Below are positions 37,858 through 48,166 of a stretch of DNA of 64,000 nt, in pieces; the stretch's first letter is position 1, and each line of letters opens with the position of its first letter. Below the pieces are notes generated by a model that saw only the letters and a program-made list of their open reading frames with translations, was not told the DNA's origin and searched no databases. Position numbers and translations under genes: made by a program. Source of the DNA: Candidatus Omnitrophota bacterium (GTDB lineage Bacteria; Omnitrophota; Gorgyraeia; JAHJTE01); the NCBI GenBank assembly GCA_018830005.1, contig JAHJTE010000001.1:577332-641331 (forward strand), given 5' to 3'.

Positions 37858-38576
37858 TGTTTATCAGGAGATTTATAAAAAGTACGCCTAGTTTTTATAT
37901 TATGGTGATGATACTCCTTGGCGTTATTTGCTTTATTGTGGCCAAATATGTTCACGGAGATCTTAAGTCAAACTTGATAGCTGAGGTCATAGGAGCAGCT
38001 ATCACGGTTATTATTATCGGTGGCTTATTAAGGATTTGGTATCCCCCACCCACCAAAACGATGTCTAAGTTTTTAATTCCTATGTTGCAGTATTACCTTT
38101 TTGGCTATGTGCGTAGTTTAGGATTTTTATTGCAATATCGCTTTGATAATACAGGGTTCAAAGGCATGAGTCCTATTGATCTTAGCACCTATGGTGTTTT
38201 CTTGGAGAGAAATCTGAACGGATTAAAACAGCATCTCGAACAGAGAAATAATACGAACTATACGCGAGCTGAATTACAACAGATGAAAAGAATGTTTCAG
38301 GCCTTTCATAATGCTATAAACGAATTTGTTATTCGTTACGGGAACCATTTGGACGACGATCTTCTCAATTTGCTCTACCAAATACGGCATATATGCGAGT
38401 ATCAGGTTTTCTATACAGGTGCCTTCTCATTAGAAAATGAATCGCCTGATGAAGTAGTTTGCATGGGGCAAGATATATCGAATGAGCCTATGAAGAATGT
38501 TTTAATATTGATTGAAAAGATAATGACTAAGATTAAAGACGGTACTGTACTCAAAACTGAACCGCTACCCATTTAG
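37857..38576 (+). CDS. hypothetical membrane-anchored protein embedded between hsdM and hsdS
   Basis: ATG overlaps the hsdM stop (TAATG). Two N-terminal TM helices then a 170 aa soluble domain. Stop lies 4 nt before the hsdS start. Confidence 0.5.
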   Translation: MFIRRFIKSTPSFYIMVMILLGVICFIVAKYVHGDLKSNLIAEVIGAAITVIIIGGLLRIWYPPPTKTMSKFLIPMLQYYLFGYVRSLGFLLQYRFDNTGFKGMSPIDLSTYGVFLERNLNGLKQHLEQRNNTNYTRAELQQMKRMFQAFHNAINEFVIRYGNHLDDDLLNLLYQIRHICEYQVFYTGAFSLENESPDEVVCMGQDISNEPMKNVLILIEKIMTKIKDGTVLKTEPLPI

Positions 38577-38580
38577 TGAA

Positions 38581-39828
38581 ATGAAAAAATATCCGTCATA
38601 TAAAGATTCGGGAATTGAGTGGATTGGACAAGTGCCAAAGGATTGGCAGGTTAATCGTTTGAAAACGGTTTGCACTTTTACCTATGGAGATTCTTTGACA
38701 AATGAGGATCGAGTTGAAGGCGGTATTCCGGTCTTTGGTTCAAATGGAATTGTCGGCTATCACAACAAAGCGATTACGCATAAGCCATGCATTGTCATTG
38801 GACGCAAAGGTTCATATGGTAAAGTTAATTTTTCACAAGCAGAGTGTTTCCCTATCGATACTACTTACTTTGTTGACGACCGTTCAGCAAAATGTGATTT
38901 GAAATGGCTTAATTATGTTTTGCCGCTTTTAGAGCTCGATAAGTTTTCTAAGGACACTGGGGTTCCGGGGCTTAATCGGGAAGATGCGCATGACAAAAGA
39001 GTGCCAGTGCCTGAAAATAATGTTCAAAAAGTTATTGCTGAATATCTCGACCGCAAGACCGCGCAGATTAATGACCTTATTGCTAAGAAAGAGCGGATGA
39101 TTGAGCTTCTCAAGGAGGAGCGCACAGCGATTATCAATCAGGCGGTTACCAAAGGGCTTGATCCTAACGTGGAGATGAAAGATTCTAACACCGAATGGCT
39201 AGGAGAGATTCCGAAGCATTGGGAGGTGAAAAAACTAAAATATCTTGTTGATAAAGTTCAAACAGGAATAACGCCACCTTCAGAACGTACTGACTATTAT
39301 GATGACGGTGACATTGATTGGTATACGCCAGGCGATTTTCAAGAGTCGATTCGGTTAAAAAATTCTTTTCGAAAAATCAATAGATTAGCTATCGAAGAAG
39401 GAGTTGCGAGAATATTCCCGCCGCTCTCTGTCTTATTAATCGGAATTGGAGCTACGTTGGGTAAAGTCGGTATCATTGAAAAGCTATCAAGTTCTAACCA
39501 GCAGATAAACGCTATAACATTTTCGGATAAATTCAATCCATTTTTTGGTGTTTACTATTTACAGGCAATAGCTGATACAGTCATAAGTCTTTCAAATGCT
39601 TCTACTCTCGCCATTCTGAATCAGACGCAGACGAAAGATATTCTTATGTTGGTGCCACCCTTAGAAGAACAAGGCAAGATTTTTAAATATATTCAATCGG
39701 TTGAGCTTAGACATTCCGAAATTGTTAATAAAGAACAAAAGCAGATAGATTTATTAAAAGAATATCGCACTGCTTTGATTTCCGAGGTAGTAACGGGTAA
39801 AGTAGATGTTCGGGAGTACGCCGCATGA
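38581..39828 (+). CDS. hsdS: type I restriction-modification system, specificity subunit
   Basis: Two target-recognition domains, each preceded by W(I/L)G(Q/E)(V/I)PK(D/H)W(Q/E)V conserved regions. Central and C-terminal coiled coils. Confidence 0.85.
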   Translation: MKKYPSYKDSGIEWIGQVPKDWQVNRLKTVCTFTYGDSLTNEDRVEGGIPVFGSNGIVGYHNKAITHKPCIVIGRKGSYGKVNFSQAECFPIDTTYFVDDRSAKCDLKWLNYVLPLLELDKFSKDTGVPGLNREDAHDKRVPVPENNVQKVIAEYLDRKTAQINDLIAKKERMIELLKEERTAIINQAVTKGLDPNVEMKDSNTEWLGEIPKHWEVKKLKYLVDKVQTGITPPSERTDYYDDGDIDWYTPGDFQESIRLKNSFRKINRLAIEEGVARIFPPLSVLLIGIGATLGKVGIIEKLSSSNQQINAITFSDKFNPFFGVYYLQAIADTVISLSNASTLAILNQTQTKDILMLVPPLEEQGKIFKYIQSVELRHSEIVNKEQKQIDLLKEYRTALISEVVTGKVDVREYAA

Positions 39829-42800
39829 GCTCAATTACAAACGAAAAAGCTTTTGAAGAAACCATTGAACGAAGCCTAATTGATCATGGAAGCTATGTTA
39901 AGGGCGACCCTGATAAATTCAATCGGGATCTTGCAATTGATCAAACAGTCTTGTTTCAGTTTATCAAGGATACTCAGAAGAATGTTTGGGATAGCTTGGC
40001 GGCTATTCATGGCGCTGAAGTAGAAAAGAAGTTTTTATATCGTCTTAATCAGGAATTAGATGCACGTGGAATGCTTGATTGTTTGCGTCATGGTATCATC
40101 GATTACGGTAAGAAGTTTGCCCTCGCCTATTTTAAACCTGTCAGCAAATTAAATCCCGAAACGCAAAAGCTTTATAATCAGAATATCCTCACTGTTACGC
40201 GTCAGGTTCATTACAGCACAAAAGACGAAAGCTCTATTGATATGCTTTTATCTGTAAATGGCCTTCCTGTGGCTACGATTGAGTTAAAAAACCCATTTAC
40301 TGGCCAGGATGTTGATGATGCCAAGCGGCAATACAAATATGACCGCGATGAGCGGGAACTATTGTTTCAGTTTAAGCAGCGCGCCCTTGTCCATTTTGCC
40401 GTGGATACAGATGTTATTTATATGACTACGCGTCTCCAAGGGAGCAAGACAAAATACCTACCTTTTAATAAGGGCTATAACAAAGGTGCCGGAAATCCGC
40501 CAAATCCTAATGGGCATAAGACGGCATATTTATGGGAAGAGGTTTTAGTCAAAGATAGCTGGATGGATATTTTAAGCAGGTTTTTGCATTTAGAAGTAGA
40601 AGAAAAGGCTTTTGAGGGCAGGAAATTCAAAATTGAAACCATGATCTTCCCCCGTTATCACCAGCTTGATAGCGTTCGACAGCTTTCTATGGATGTAATT
40701 ACACAGGGCGCCGGAAAGAATTATTTGATTCAGCATAGCGCAGGAAGCGGCAAGAGTAATTCAATCGCATGGCTTGCCTACCATTTGGCTGGCCTTCACG
40801 ACAAAACCGATAAACGTATATTTGATTCAGTGATTGTGATTACCGACCGTGTTGTTCTTGATAAGCAGTTACAAGATACGATTTATCAATTTGAACATAA
40901 ATCAGGAGTGGTTGAGAAGATTGATAAAGATTCCGCGCAATTAGCCCAGGCGCTTATCAGCGGAACGAACATTATTATTACTACGCTCCAAAAGTTTCCT
41001 TTTGTTTTGGACAAGGTTAGCGATCTTCCCAAGCGCAATTACGCCGTTATTGTTGATGAGGCGCATAGTTCGCAGGGCGGTGAATCCGCTAAGAAAATGA
41101 AAGATGTACTTTCTTCAGTTGATAGAGATGAGATTTCGCTTGATGGGACTGATGAAGAAGATGATATAGAAGATACCATTCGCGAATCTATGCTTAAACG
41201 GGGCCCCAGGCCGAATCTGAGCTTCTTTGGCTTTACGGCAACACCCAAGGCAAAAACACTGGAATTCTTTGGCCAAAAAGGCATAGATGGTAAACCTCAA
41301 CCGTTTCATCTTTATTCCATGCGCCAAGCCATTGAGGAGAGGTTTATCCATGATGTCCTTGAGAATTACACTACCTATCAAACGTTTTTTCAACTATCCA
41401 AGAAGATTGAAGAAGATCCGAACGTAAACAAGAAAAAGGCTGCCCGTGCGATTGCGCGCTTTTTGACACTCCACCCCTATAACCTGGCTCAGAAAACCGA
41501 GGTTATGATTGAGCACTTCCGGCAGGTTACTATGAAAAAGATTGGCGGTAAGGCCAAGGCGATGGTGGTTACAGCTTCGCGCGAGCATGTGGTGCGATAT
41601 AAGCATGAATTTGATAGATACCTGAAAGAGAAAGGATATAGAGATATTAAGGTTCTTGTCGCTTTCTCAGGGGTAGTTCTTTTGGATGGCATACCGCCAG
41701 AATATTCAGAAGAAAGCATGAATAAATATGTCGATAAAGATGGTAAAGAACGGCACATAAAAGAAAAAGAATTGCCGGAGAAATTCTCAACATCAGAATA
41801 CCAGATATTGCTTGTTGCGGAGAAATATCAAACCGGGTACGATGAGCCGCTTTTGCACACTATGTATGTGGACAAGCGCCTTGATGGCGTTAAGGCTGTG
41901 CAGACCATGAGTCGTTTAAATCGAATCTGTCCGGGCAAAGAAGATACTTTCATCTTGGATTTTGTTAATAAGCGAGAGGATATTTTAGCGGCTTTTCAGC
42001 CATATTATGAGCAGACACAATTAAGCGATGTAACCGATCCGAACAAGCTTTATGATCTTAAGGCCAAGCTGGATTCGTTTAAGGTGATATACCAGTCAGA
42101 TGTTGACGCTTTTTGCGCCGTATTCTTCAAAAATAAAGAATTACAGACAAAACGCGAGCATGCTCAATTAAATTCAATAGTAGATGTGGCGGTTGAGCGG
42201 TTTAAGGCAATAGAGAAAGACGAGCATAAAGAGGATTTTATCAATACACTGGGTGTTTTTGTCCGCCTGTATGCGTTTTTGGCGCAGATTATGCCGTTCC
42301 AAGATATTGAGCTTGAGAAATTCTACGCTTATTCTCGTCTTTTACTGAAGAAACTTCCGGGGTCTGACCGGGGTGAAAGATATCACCTCGGTGATGAGGT
42401 CGCGCTTGAGTATTACCGTTTGCAGAAAATAGCTGATGGCAAGATTCAATTGCAAAAGGGTTCAGGTGCGGCTATTGAGCCGATTTCAGAAGCTGGAACG
42501 AGAAAGGATAAAGAAGAATATGCTCACCTATCTGAAATAATCAAACTTCTCAATGAACGGTTTGGAACTGATTTTACCGAAGCCGATAAGCTATTCTTTG
42601 ATCAGATTGAAGAAGAGATGGTTATGGATGAAAAACTTGGCGTCCAAGCCAAGACCAACACGATAGATAATTTCAAATACGGCTTTGAGGATGTGTTTAT
42701 TGCAAAGCTTGTTGACCGGATGGATCAGAATCAGGATATCTTCAATAAGATTATGGATGACAAGGCTTTTGCGGTAGTTGTGAAGGATTATTTATTGAAG

Positions 42801-43340
42801 AAGGTCTATAAGCGATTAAATATTGAAGAAGATGTTGTAAGAGAAGCCGAATCGTTTTTGAGTGATTTGGTTCCCGATGATGAGATAACGCAAGATCAGA
42901 AAAAGTCGCATGTTCGAGTCTGCACTCTTCAAGCCGTAGCAACTTCATTTACTGAACAGCGAACGCCCGAAGTAATTGGCTGGAAACGCTTGGATGGCGT
43001 CTTTAAACTCAATAAAGATATGTTTATCGCTAAAGTCGTTGGCAAGTCGATGGAGCCGACTATTAAAGACGGCAGTTGGTGTTTATTCCGCCCGGATCAG
43101 GGCGGAAGTCGTAACGGTAAGATTGTATTAGTGGAATCGCGGCATATTACTGATCCCGAGACGATGAAAAGTTATACGATTAAGCGTTATTTTAGCGAAA
43201 AAGCGGTAACTGAAGATACGTTTCAACATGTAAAAATCATCTTACGCCCAGATAATAAAGATTTTCAAGATATCGTTTTGGAGAATGTTCAAGAGGGCGA
43301 CTTCCACGTTGTAGCGGAGTTTGTGAAGGTGATTAGTTAA
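39825..43340 (+). CDS. hsdR: type I restriction enzyme R subunit with a fused C-terminal S24 (LexA/UmuD-like) peptidase domain
   Basis: HsdR N-terminal motif TIELKNPFTG, Walker A QHSAGSGKSNS, DEAH box VIVDEAHSS and helicase C motifs. The last ~125 aa read VVGKSMEPTIKDGSWCLF...GKIVLVE...YTIKRY...ILRPDN, like the LexA C-terminal domain. Confidence 0.8.
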   Translation: MSSITNEKAFEETIERSLIDHGSYVKGDPDKFNRDLAIDQTVLFQFIKDTQKNVWDSLAAIHGAEVEKKFLYRLNQELDARGMLDCLRHGIIDYGKKFALAYFKPVSKLNPETQKLYNQNILTVTRQVHYSTKDESSIDMLLSVNGLPVATIELKNPFTGQDVDDAKRQYKYDRDERELLFQFKQRALVHFAVDTDVIYMTTRLQGSKTKYLPFNKGYNKGAGNPPNPNGHKTAYLWEEVLVKDSWMDILSRFLHLEVEEKAFEGRKFKIETMIFPRYHQLDSVRQLSMDVITQGAGKNYLIQHSAGSGKSNSIAWLAYHLAGLHDKTDKRIFDSVIVITDRVVLDKQLQDTIYQFEHKSGVVEKIDKDSAQLAQALISGTNIIITTLQKFPFVLDKVSDLPKRNYAVIVDEAHSSQGGESAKKMKDVLSSVDRDEISLDGTDEEDDIEDTIRESMLKRGPRPNLSFFGFTATPKAKTLEFFGQKGIDGKPQPFHLYSMRQAIEERFIHDVLENYTTYQTFFQLSKKIEEDPNVNKKKAARAIARFLTLHPYNLAQKTEVMIEHFRQVTMKKIGGKAKAMVVTASREHVVRYKHEFDRYLKEKGYRDIKVLVAFSGVVLLDGIPPEYSEESMNKYVDKDGKERHIKEKELPEKFSTSEYQILLVAEKYQTGYDEPLLHTMYVDKRLDGVKAVQTMSRLNRICPGKEDTFILDFVNKREDILAAFQPYYEQTQLSDVTDPNKLYDLKAKLDSFKVIYQSDVDAFCAVFFKNKELQTKREHAQLNSIVDVAVERFKAIEKDEHKEDFINTLGVFVRLYAFLAQIMPFQDIELEKFYAYSRLLLKKLPGSDRGERYHLGDEVALEYYRLQKIADGKIQLQKGSGAAIEPISEAGTRKDKEEYAHLSEIIKLLNERFGTDFTEADKLFFDQIEEEMVMDEKLGVQAKTNTIDNFKYGFEDVFIAKLVDRMDQNQDIFNKIMDDKAFAVVVKDYLLKKVYKRLNIEEDVVREAESFLSDLVPDDEITQDQKKSHVRVCTLQAVATSFTEQRTPEVIGWKRLDGVFKLNKDMFIAKVVGKSMEPTIKDGSWCLFRPDQGGSRNGKIVLVESRHITDPETMKSYTIKRYFSEKAVTEDTFQHVKIILRPDNKDFQDIVLENVQEGDFHVVAEFVKVIS

Positions 43341-43450
43341 AGAAATTCGTTTAAAGAAAAATCGAGGGATATAATACTTATTTATTTTACAATTAAGTAT
43401 TGCGTCTACGTAATTTTCCTTGAGAAGTCAATTTGTTAGGAGGCTAAAAA

Positions 43451-44713
43451 ATGAATAGTGCAATTGAAACTTTTTATTCAGATTTAAGGCGCTTGAAAGA
43501 AGGAAAGTTGGCCATATTTTTCGGTGCGGGATCGAGTTATGATTATGGAATTCCCACTATGGAAGAAATGGCGAAGATGCTAATTGAAGAATTAAAAAAT
43601 GGTACAAGTAAAATTTTTGATAAAGATACATGCACAGTTTTAAATTCAATTATTGGTTTATCAACTAAAGATAGCGAGGGCGAGAGTAAAAAGCAAAAAA
43701 ATAGTTCACAATGGAATATTGAAGATTTATTGACACGATTACATCGTATTCAAGAAGCTATAGGCGATGAAGGGTCTCCTTTCCCAAAGGTTAATGCTAC
43801 TATTGGTTCATCTGATTTTTCGAAAGATGAGATTAAACATGCTGAGTCAAAATTAGTTGAGTTTATGGTCAAATGCTATCAGCTAGACATCGTTGACAAA
43901 ACCTCACATGGTGTCAAATCGATAGAATATCTGTCTAACTTTTTTGAGTGCTTGGGGGGTTTTTATAATTCAATTTCTGTTTTTACAACTAATAACGATC
44001 TGTGTATTGAGACAGCTCTGCTTCAGCTTTCACAGAGACCTAAAAATACTCAAAAGAAAACTTTTTACTTAATAGATGGATTTTCTCATGGTGCGCTACC
44101 AATATTTTCGATGACTAATTTTTCAATTGTACCTCCCACTCAATCTAATCGTGTAGTTGTATATTTATGGAAATTGCACGGTTCAATAGATTGGACATAT
44201 ACTTGCCCATTAACAGATAATGAGGACGAGAAAACAGAAAATACTAAGTTTCACGACGATTCTATTATTTGTAGATATATCGACCCTGATATGTGGAGAA
44301 AATTTCAAAAAGCCGGAGCTATTTCCAAAGCATCTTCGTTAGATCAATCAAAAATAATGATTTTCCCGACACCATCTAAATATTCTCAGACTTATAACAA
44401 CCCATATATGGATCTATATCAAGCTTTTCGCCGAACACTAGAGACTTGCGAACTTCTACTAGCAGTTGGCACTAGCTTTCCAGATAGTCATATAAATTCA
44501 GCAGTGAAATCGTTTATTAATCGTGATAATACCCAACTTTACGTAGTTGATCCTGAAGTAACATGTGAATCTATTCATAAGCTATTTGGTAAATGTAATT
44601 CCATACAGCCGATCATCAAGTCAGGATTTAAAGATTTTATTCAAGAGGTCCGCAATATCGAATTAATGCGAGAAAAAGAAAGCCCAAAAGAAGGAAGGGA
44701 TAATAATGAGTAA
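43451..44713 (+). CDS. SIR2-family (SIR2_2) NADase-like protein, Sir2-HerA defense component
   Basis: N-terminal KLAIFFGAGSSYDYGIPT (GAGxS) motif of the SIR2_2 family. Overlaps the downstream HerA-like gene. Confidence 0.75.
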   Translation: MNSAIETFYSDLRRLKEGKLAIFFGAGSSYDYGIPTMEEMAKMLIEELKNGTSKIFDKDTCTVLNSIIGLSTKDSEGESKKQKNSSQWNIEDLLTRLHRIQEAIGDEGSPFPKVNATIGSSDFSKDEIKHAESKLVEFMVKCYQLDIVDKTSHGVKSIEYLSNFFECLGGFYNSISVFTTNNDLCIETALLQLSQRPKNTQKKTFYLIDGFSHGALPIFSMTNFSIVPPTQSNRVVVYLWKLHGSIDWTYTCPLTDNEDEKTENTKFHDDSIICRYIDPDMWRKFQKAGAISKASSLDQSKIMIFPTPSKYSQTYNNPYMDLYQAFRRTLETCELLLAVGTSFPDSHINSAVKSFINRDNTQLYVVDPEVTCESIHKLFGKCNSIQPIIKSGFKDFIQEVRNIELMREKESPKEGRDNNE

Positions 44714-46559
44714 ACGTATAGGTGAAATATTAGCTGTAAGCGGTGTAAATGTCACAATAGAAGCAGACCCAAGCTTAAGCGATTTGCATGTTCGGCACGC
44801 TGGAAAAACATATTCTGTTGGGCAACCTGGTTCATATCTTCTTGTTGATCGTGGGCATGATAAACATCTTATTTTAGTAACAACTGTTCGTAAGATGCGT
44901 TGGTCTTCTGCGTCGCAGAATTCTGAAATTTCTTCTTCTGATAATATGCGAGAAGGTCTTCCCAAAGGTAATTTCCCATATTTACCCAAAGCGCCTGAAT
45001 TGATTGATCGGACGCTTATCGATGGACTTCTCGTAGGTTCAATTATCGGGAGGCGATTTGAGATAGGTGTTACACACCTGCCGATAGTGGGGGATAGTGT
45101 TACCCTTGCTCTTCAGGAACATCTTTCAATAGCACTAGCCCCTGATAAAGATCGACACACAGTTTCAATTGGGACCTTTGTTGATTCGAATATCTCTGTC
45201 CATCTAGACTTAGACGATCTTTGTGGTAAACATTCAGCAATTGTAGGCACGACTGGTTGCGGAAAATCTTACACCGTCGCACGCTTATTGCAAGAGCTAG
45301 TATGTAAATATCCCAGTGCAAATATTATTGTGTTTGATCTGCATGGTGAATATCGTAAATGTTTTGAGCATTCAAATTATATACGGGCAGATAAACTTAC
45401 ACTTCCCGCATGGTTGCACTCGTTCGAAAACTTATTTGATCTGTGTGCCGATTTAAGTAATCAGTTTAACATTCATAATCAACGATGGGCTTTTCGAGAC
45501 GGCATATTTCAGCTTAAACAAAGATATTGCAAGGATATTTTAAAGGACGAATCCCTATCAAAGAATATCGATTTAGATTCGCCTATCCCTTTTGATTTTG
45601 AGCATTTAGTTAATTATTTAAAAAACTTGAATAATGAAACCAGAAAATCTGACGATGATAAGCCAGCTTATGCAACTGCTGGCGATCATGATTTATTTAA
45701 GGAACTCATTGAATATTTGCCAAAAAAACGAGGGAGTATAGCCGCTGGCCCTCTAAATGGAGAGTTAGATCGGCAAGTATTAAGAGTCGAGGCGAGATTT
45801 AAGGATCCTAGATATGCTTTTATGTTTCAATATGAAAAACCTAAAGAAGGGGATCTTGAAAGACTAGTGCGACAAGTATCAGGTCTTATACTCGATTCTC
45901 CCTTACCTATCACGGTTTATGACCTTAGTTATCTTCCTTCGGAAACAGTTGGAACAGTTGTAGCTACGATATCGCGTATTATTTTTCAAGTCTATTTTCT
46001 AGCCAAGCGTCGTGAGTTTGTCCCAACGCTTATTGTTTTCGAAGAAGCACATAATTACATATCTCATAGATCTCGCAGTGCTTATGGTGATGCTCGTGAG
46101 GCTGCTGAAAGAATTGCAAAAGAGGGCCGTAAATTTGGAATAGGCATGCTGGCAGTAAGCCAGCGTCCTAGTGAACTTAGTGAGACTTTATTGAGTCAAT
46201 GCAATACATTCTTATGCATGCGGCTTGCTAATTCTGTTGATAAAAATCACATTTTGTCCTTATTGCCTGACTCAATGAGTAATTTAGTAGATATTTTACC
46301 TATTTTGCCACGAGGGCATATTTTAGCAGTTGGGCAAGCTACAAAAATGCCGGTACGGACAATTGTTACTAAAATAGAAAATAAAAATAATGAGCCCGAT
46401 AGTGATGATCCGCCATTTGGAAAAAAATGGAGTGGGGATATTACGAAAAGAAGTATTCCTGATATAGAAAAAATATGCGATATGTGGATAAGGTCAGAAA
46501 AACAAGACACGGATGATATTGCTTCAAAGACAAAAAATTTATCGAGCGAGAAAAAATAA
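44706..46559 (+). CDS. HerA/FtsK-like ATPase (DUF87), Sir2-HerA defense component
   Basis: Walker A AIVGTTGCGKSYTV and Walker B LIVFEEAHNY. 617 aa. Confidence 0.75.
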   Translation: MSKRIGEILAVSGVNVTIEADPSLSDLHVRHAGKTYSVGQPGSYLLVDRGHDKHLILVTTVRKMRWSSASQNSEISSSDNMREGLPKGNFPYLPKAPELIDRTLIDGLLVGSIIGRRFEIGVTHLPIVGDSVTLALQEHLSIALAPDKDRHTVSIGTFVDSNISVHLDLDDLCGKHSAIVGTTGCGKSYTVARLLQELVCKYPSANIIVFDLHGEYRKCFEHSNYIRADKLTLPAWLHSFENLFDLCADLSNQFNIHNQRWAFRDGIFQLKQRYCKDILKDESLSKNIDLDSPIPFDFEHLVNYLKNLNNETRKSDDDKPAYATAGDHDLFKELIEYLPKKRGSIAAGPLNGELDRQVLRVEARFKDPRYAFMFQYEKPKEGDLERLVRQVSGLILDSPLPITVYDLSYLPSETVGTVVATISRIIFQVYFLAKRREFVPTLIVFEEAHNYISHRSRSAYGDAREAAERIAKEGRKFGIGMLAVSQRPSELSETLLSQCNTFLCMRLANSVDKNHILSLLPDSMSNLVDILPILPRGHILAVGQATKMPVRTIVTKIENKNNEPDSDDPPFGKKWSGDITKRSIPDIEKICDMWIRSEKQDTDDIASKTKNLSSEKK

Positions 46560-46641
46560 TATAACTATGCGATGATTTTAAAGGAAACTACCAGTAGACC
46601 AAGGTTTTTGTGAGCAGACCGAAAACTGTAATAAATGCACA

Positions 46642-47547
46642 ATGAAAGATAAAATTTTAGAAAACGCAATTGATTTTAACCAGAAAGGAATGAAATATTA
46701 CGTAGGAGAAGATATGAAACATTCTCTGCTAAATGTAGCTGTTGCAGCGGAATTATTAGGGAAAGCTTTTTTGGTAGGTATAAATTCTTGTTTGATCATT
46801 GATAGAGATTTTGATTCTTTTTTACATATATGTGGAGAAGGTAAGCATGCAAAGAAAAGTCCTGCAAGTATTCGAACGATTGGAGCTAAAGAAGTATTTA
46901 GTCGTTGTGCCCAGATTGTTCCCAAGCTAAAAGACTACGACGTAGAAATGAGTTTGTTGGCTGATTTTAGAAGCGGTGTTCTTCATTTGGCAGAACACGA
47001 GAAAGAGTTTACAAAGAAAGTTTTCCTCCCTTATTTAAAGTTTGTAAAGATATTGTTAGAAGCCATGAAATTATCTTTAAGCGACTATTTTGGTGAATTC
47101 GCGCAACTTGTTGAAACTAGTATCAAGGAGGCTACGAAAGAAGTTGACATTAAAGTCGAACGGCTTATTGCTAAGGCGAAGATCAGCTTTAAAGAGAGAT
47201 TTGAGGATGTGGAAGCGCCAGTGAAAAGAAATATAATCAAAAGTATAATCGACAATTATGTTCTATCGCAGTATGAAGAAGAATTAACCGAATGTCCCGC
47301 TTGTGAAAACGATGCAGTTGTGACGGGATCTCATGAGGTCACGGATTGGGATGTTGATTTTGATCGTTACGGGAATCCAGAAGGGGCATATCCAATCGTC
47401 AAATTATATGCGACCTCTTTTAGATGTAATGTTTGTGGTTTAAAACTCAATACTTCCGAAGAATTAGAGTCTGCGGGCATTGATACTATTGTGCGTTTAG
47501 AAAATGTCAACCCAGCAGATTTTTACGATCCCGACAACACTTTCTAA
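46642..47547 (+). CDS. hypothetical protein with a C-terminal CxxC...CxxC zinc ribbon
   Basis: 301 aa. CPACEN ... CNVCG. Confidence 0.45.
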   Translation: MKDKILENAIDFNQKGMKYYVGEDMKHSLLNVAVAAELLGKAFLVGINSCLIIDRDFDSFLHICGEGKHAKKSPASIRTIGAKEVFSRCAQIVPKLKDYDVEMSLLADFRSGVLHLAEHEKEFTKKVFLPYLKFVKILLEAMKLSLSDYFGEFAQLVETSIKEATKEVDIKVERLIAKAKISFKERFEDVEAPVKRNIIKSIIDNYVLSQYEEELTECPACENDAVVTGSHEVTDWDVDFDRYGNPEGAYPIVKLYATSFRCNVCGLKLNTSEELESAGIDTIVRLENVNPADFYDPDNTF

Positions 47548-47602
47548 ATGATTTTCATAGGTAAAATTGTAGAAAAAAATAAAATTTTTCGAATGTCTTC
47601 TG

Positions 47603-48163
47603 ATGAAGGCGTATCGAGAGAATAATTTGCAAAATATGGAGGAAGCTATGAATACAAATTTTGATCAACCCTTCGATTTTAAGGTATCCGATTCATCTGA
47701 AAATTTTGATACTTGGATTAATCGTGAATACATACCTGCTGAATCGAGAACATTGTTACGTAACGCCAACATTCTTTTTGTCCCTCATGAGAATTTTCAC
47801 GAACAGAAAGTTCCTGTGTTTCCTCACAAAACTGAGGAAGTCTTTCATTTTCTTCGAAGGCATGCCCCTAAAGGGATTAATGTCGACATCTGTATTGCAG
47901 ATGATGATTATAAGGAAGTTGTCCTCCATTCTGCTTTAATTATTTTTGGAAGTATAGTTGTATCGGCGATAGCACTTCCTGTTCTTAAGGATTTACTGTC
48001 GGAATATTTGAAACAGAAATTATTTAACAAGTCTAACAGCAATATTAAAGTTTCATTGACCGTTGTTAATACTTCTGGTAAAGGGAAGCAGTTTGATTAT
48101 GAAGGGCCTATTGAAAATTTCGATAAAGTGGTTGCCAAAATCCAACGGGCTGGAGAGAAATAA
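47603..48163 (+). CDS. hypothetical protein (start uncertain: 47603, 47636 or 47648)
   Basis: ORF with one hydrophobic helix (LIIFGSIVVSAIALPVL). Confidence 0.4.
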   Translation: MKAYRENNLQNMEEAMNTNFDQPFDFKVSDSSENFDTWINREYIPAESRTLLRNANILFVPHENFHEQKVPVFPHKTEEVFHFLRRHAPKGINVDICIADDDYKEVVLHSALIIFGSIVVSAIALPVLKDLLSEYLKQKLFNKSNSNIKVSLTVVNTSGKGKQFDYEGPIENFDKVVAKIQRAGEK

Positions 48164-48166
48164 TCT

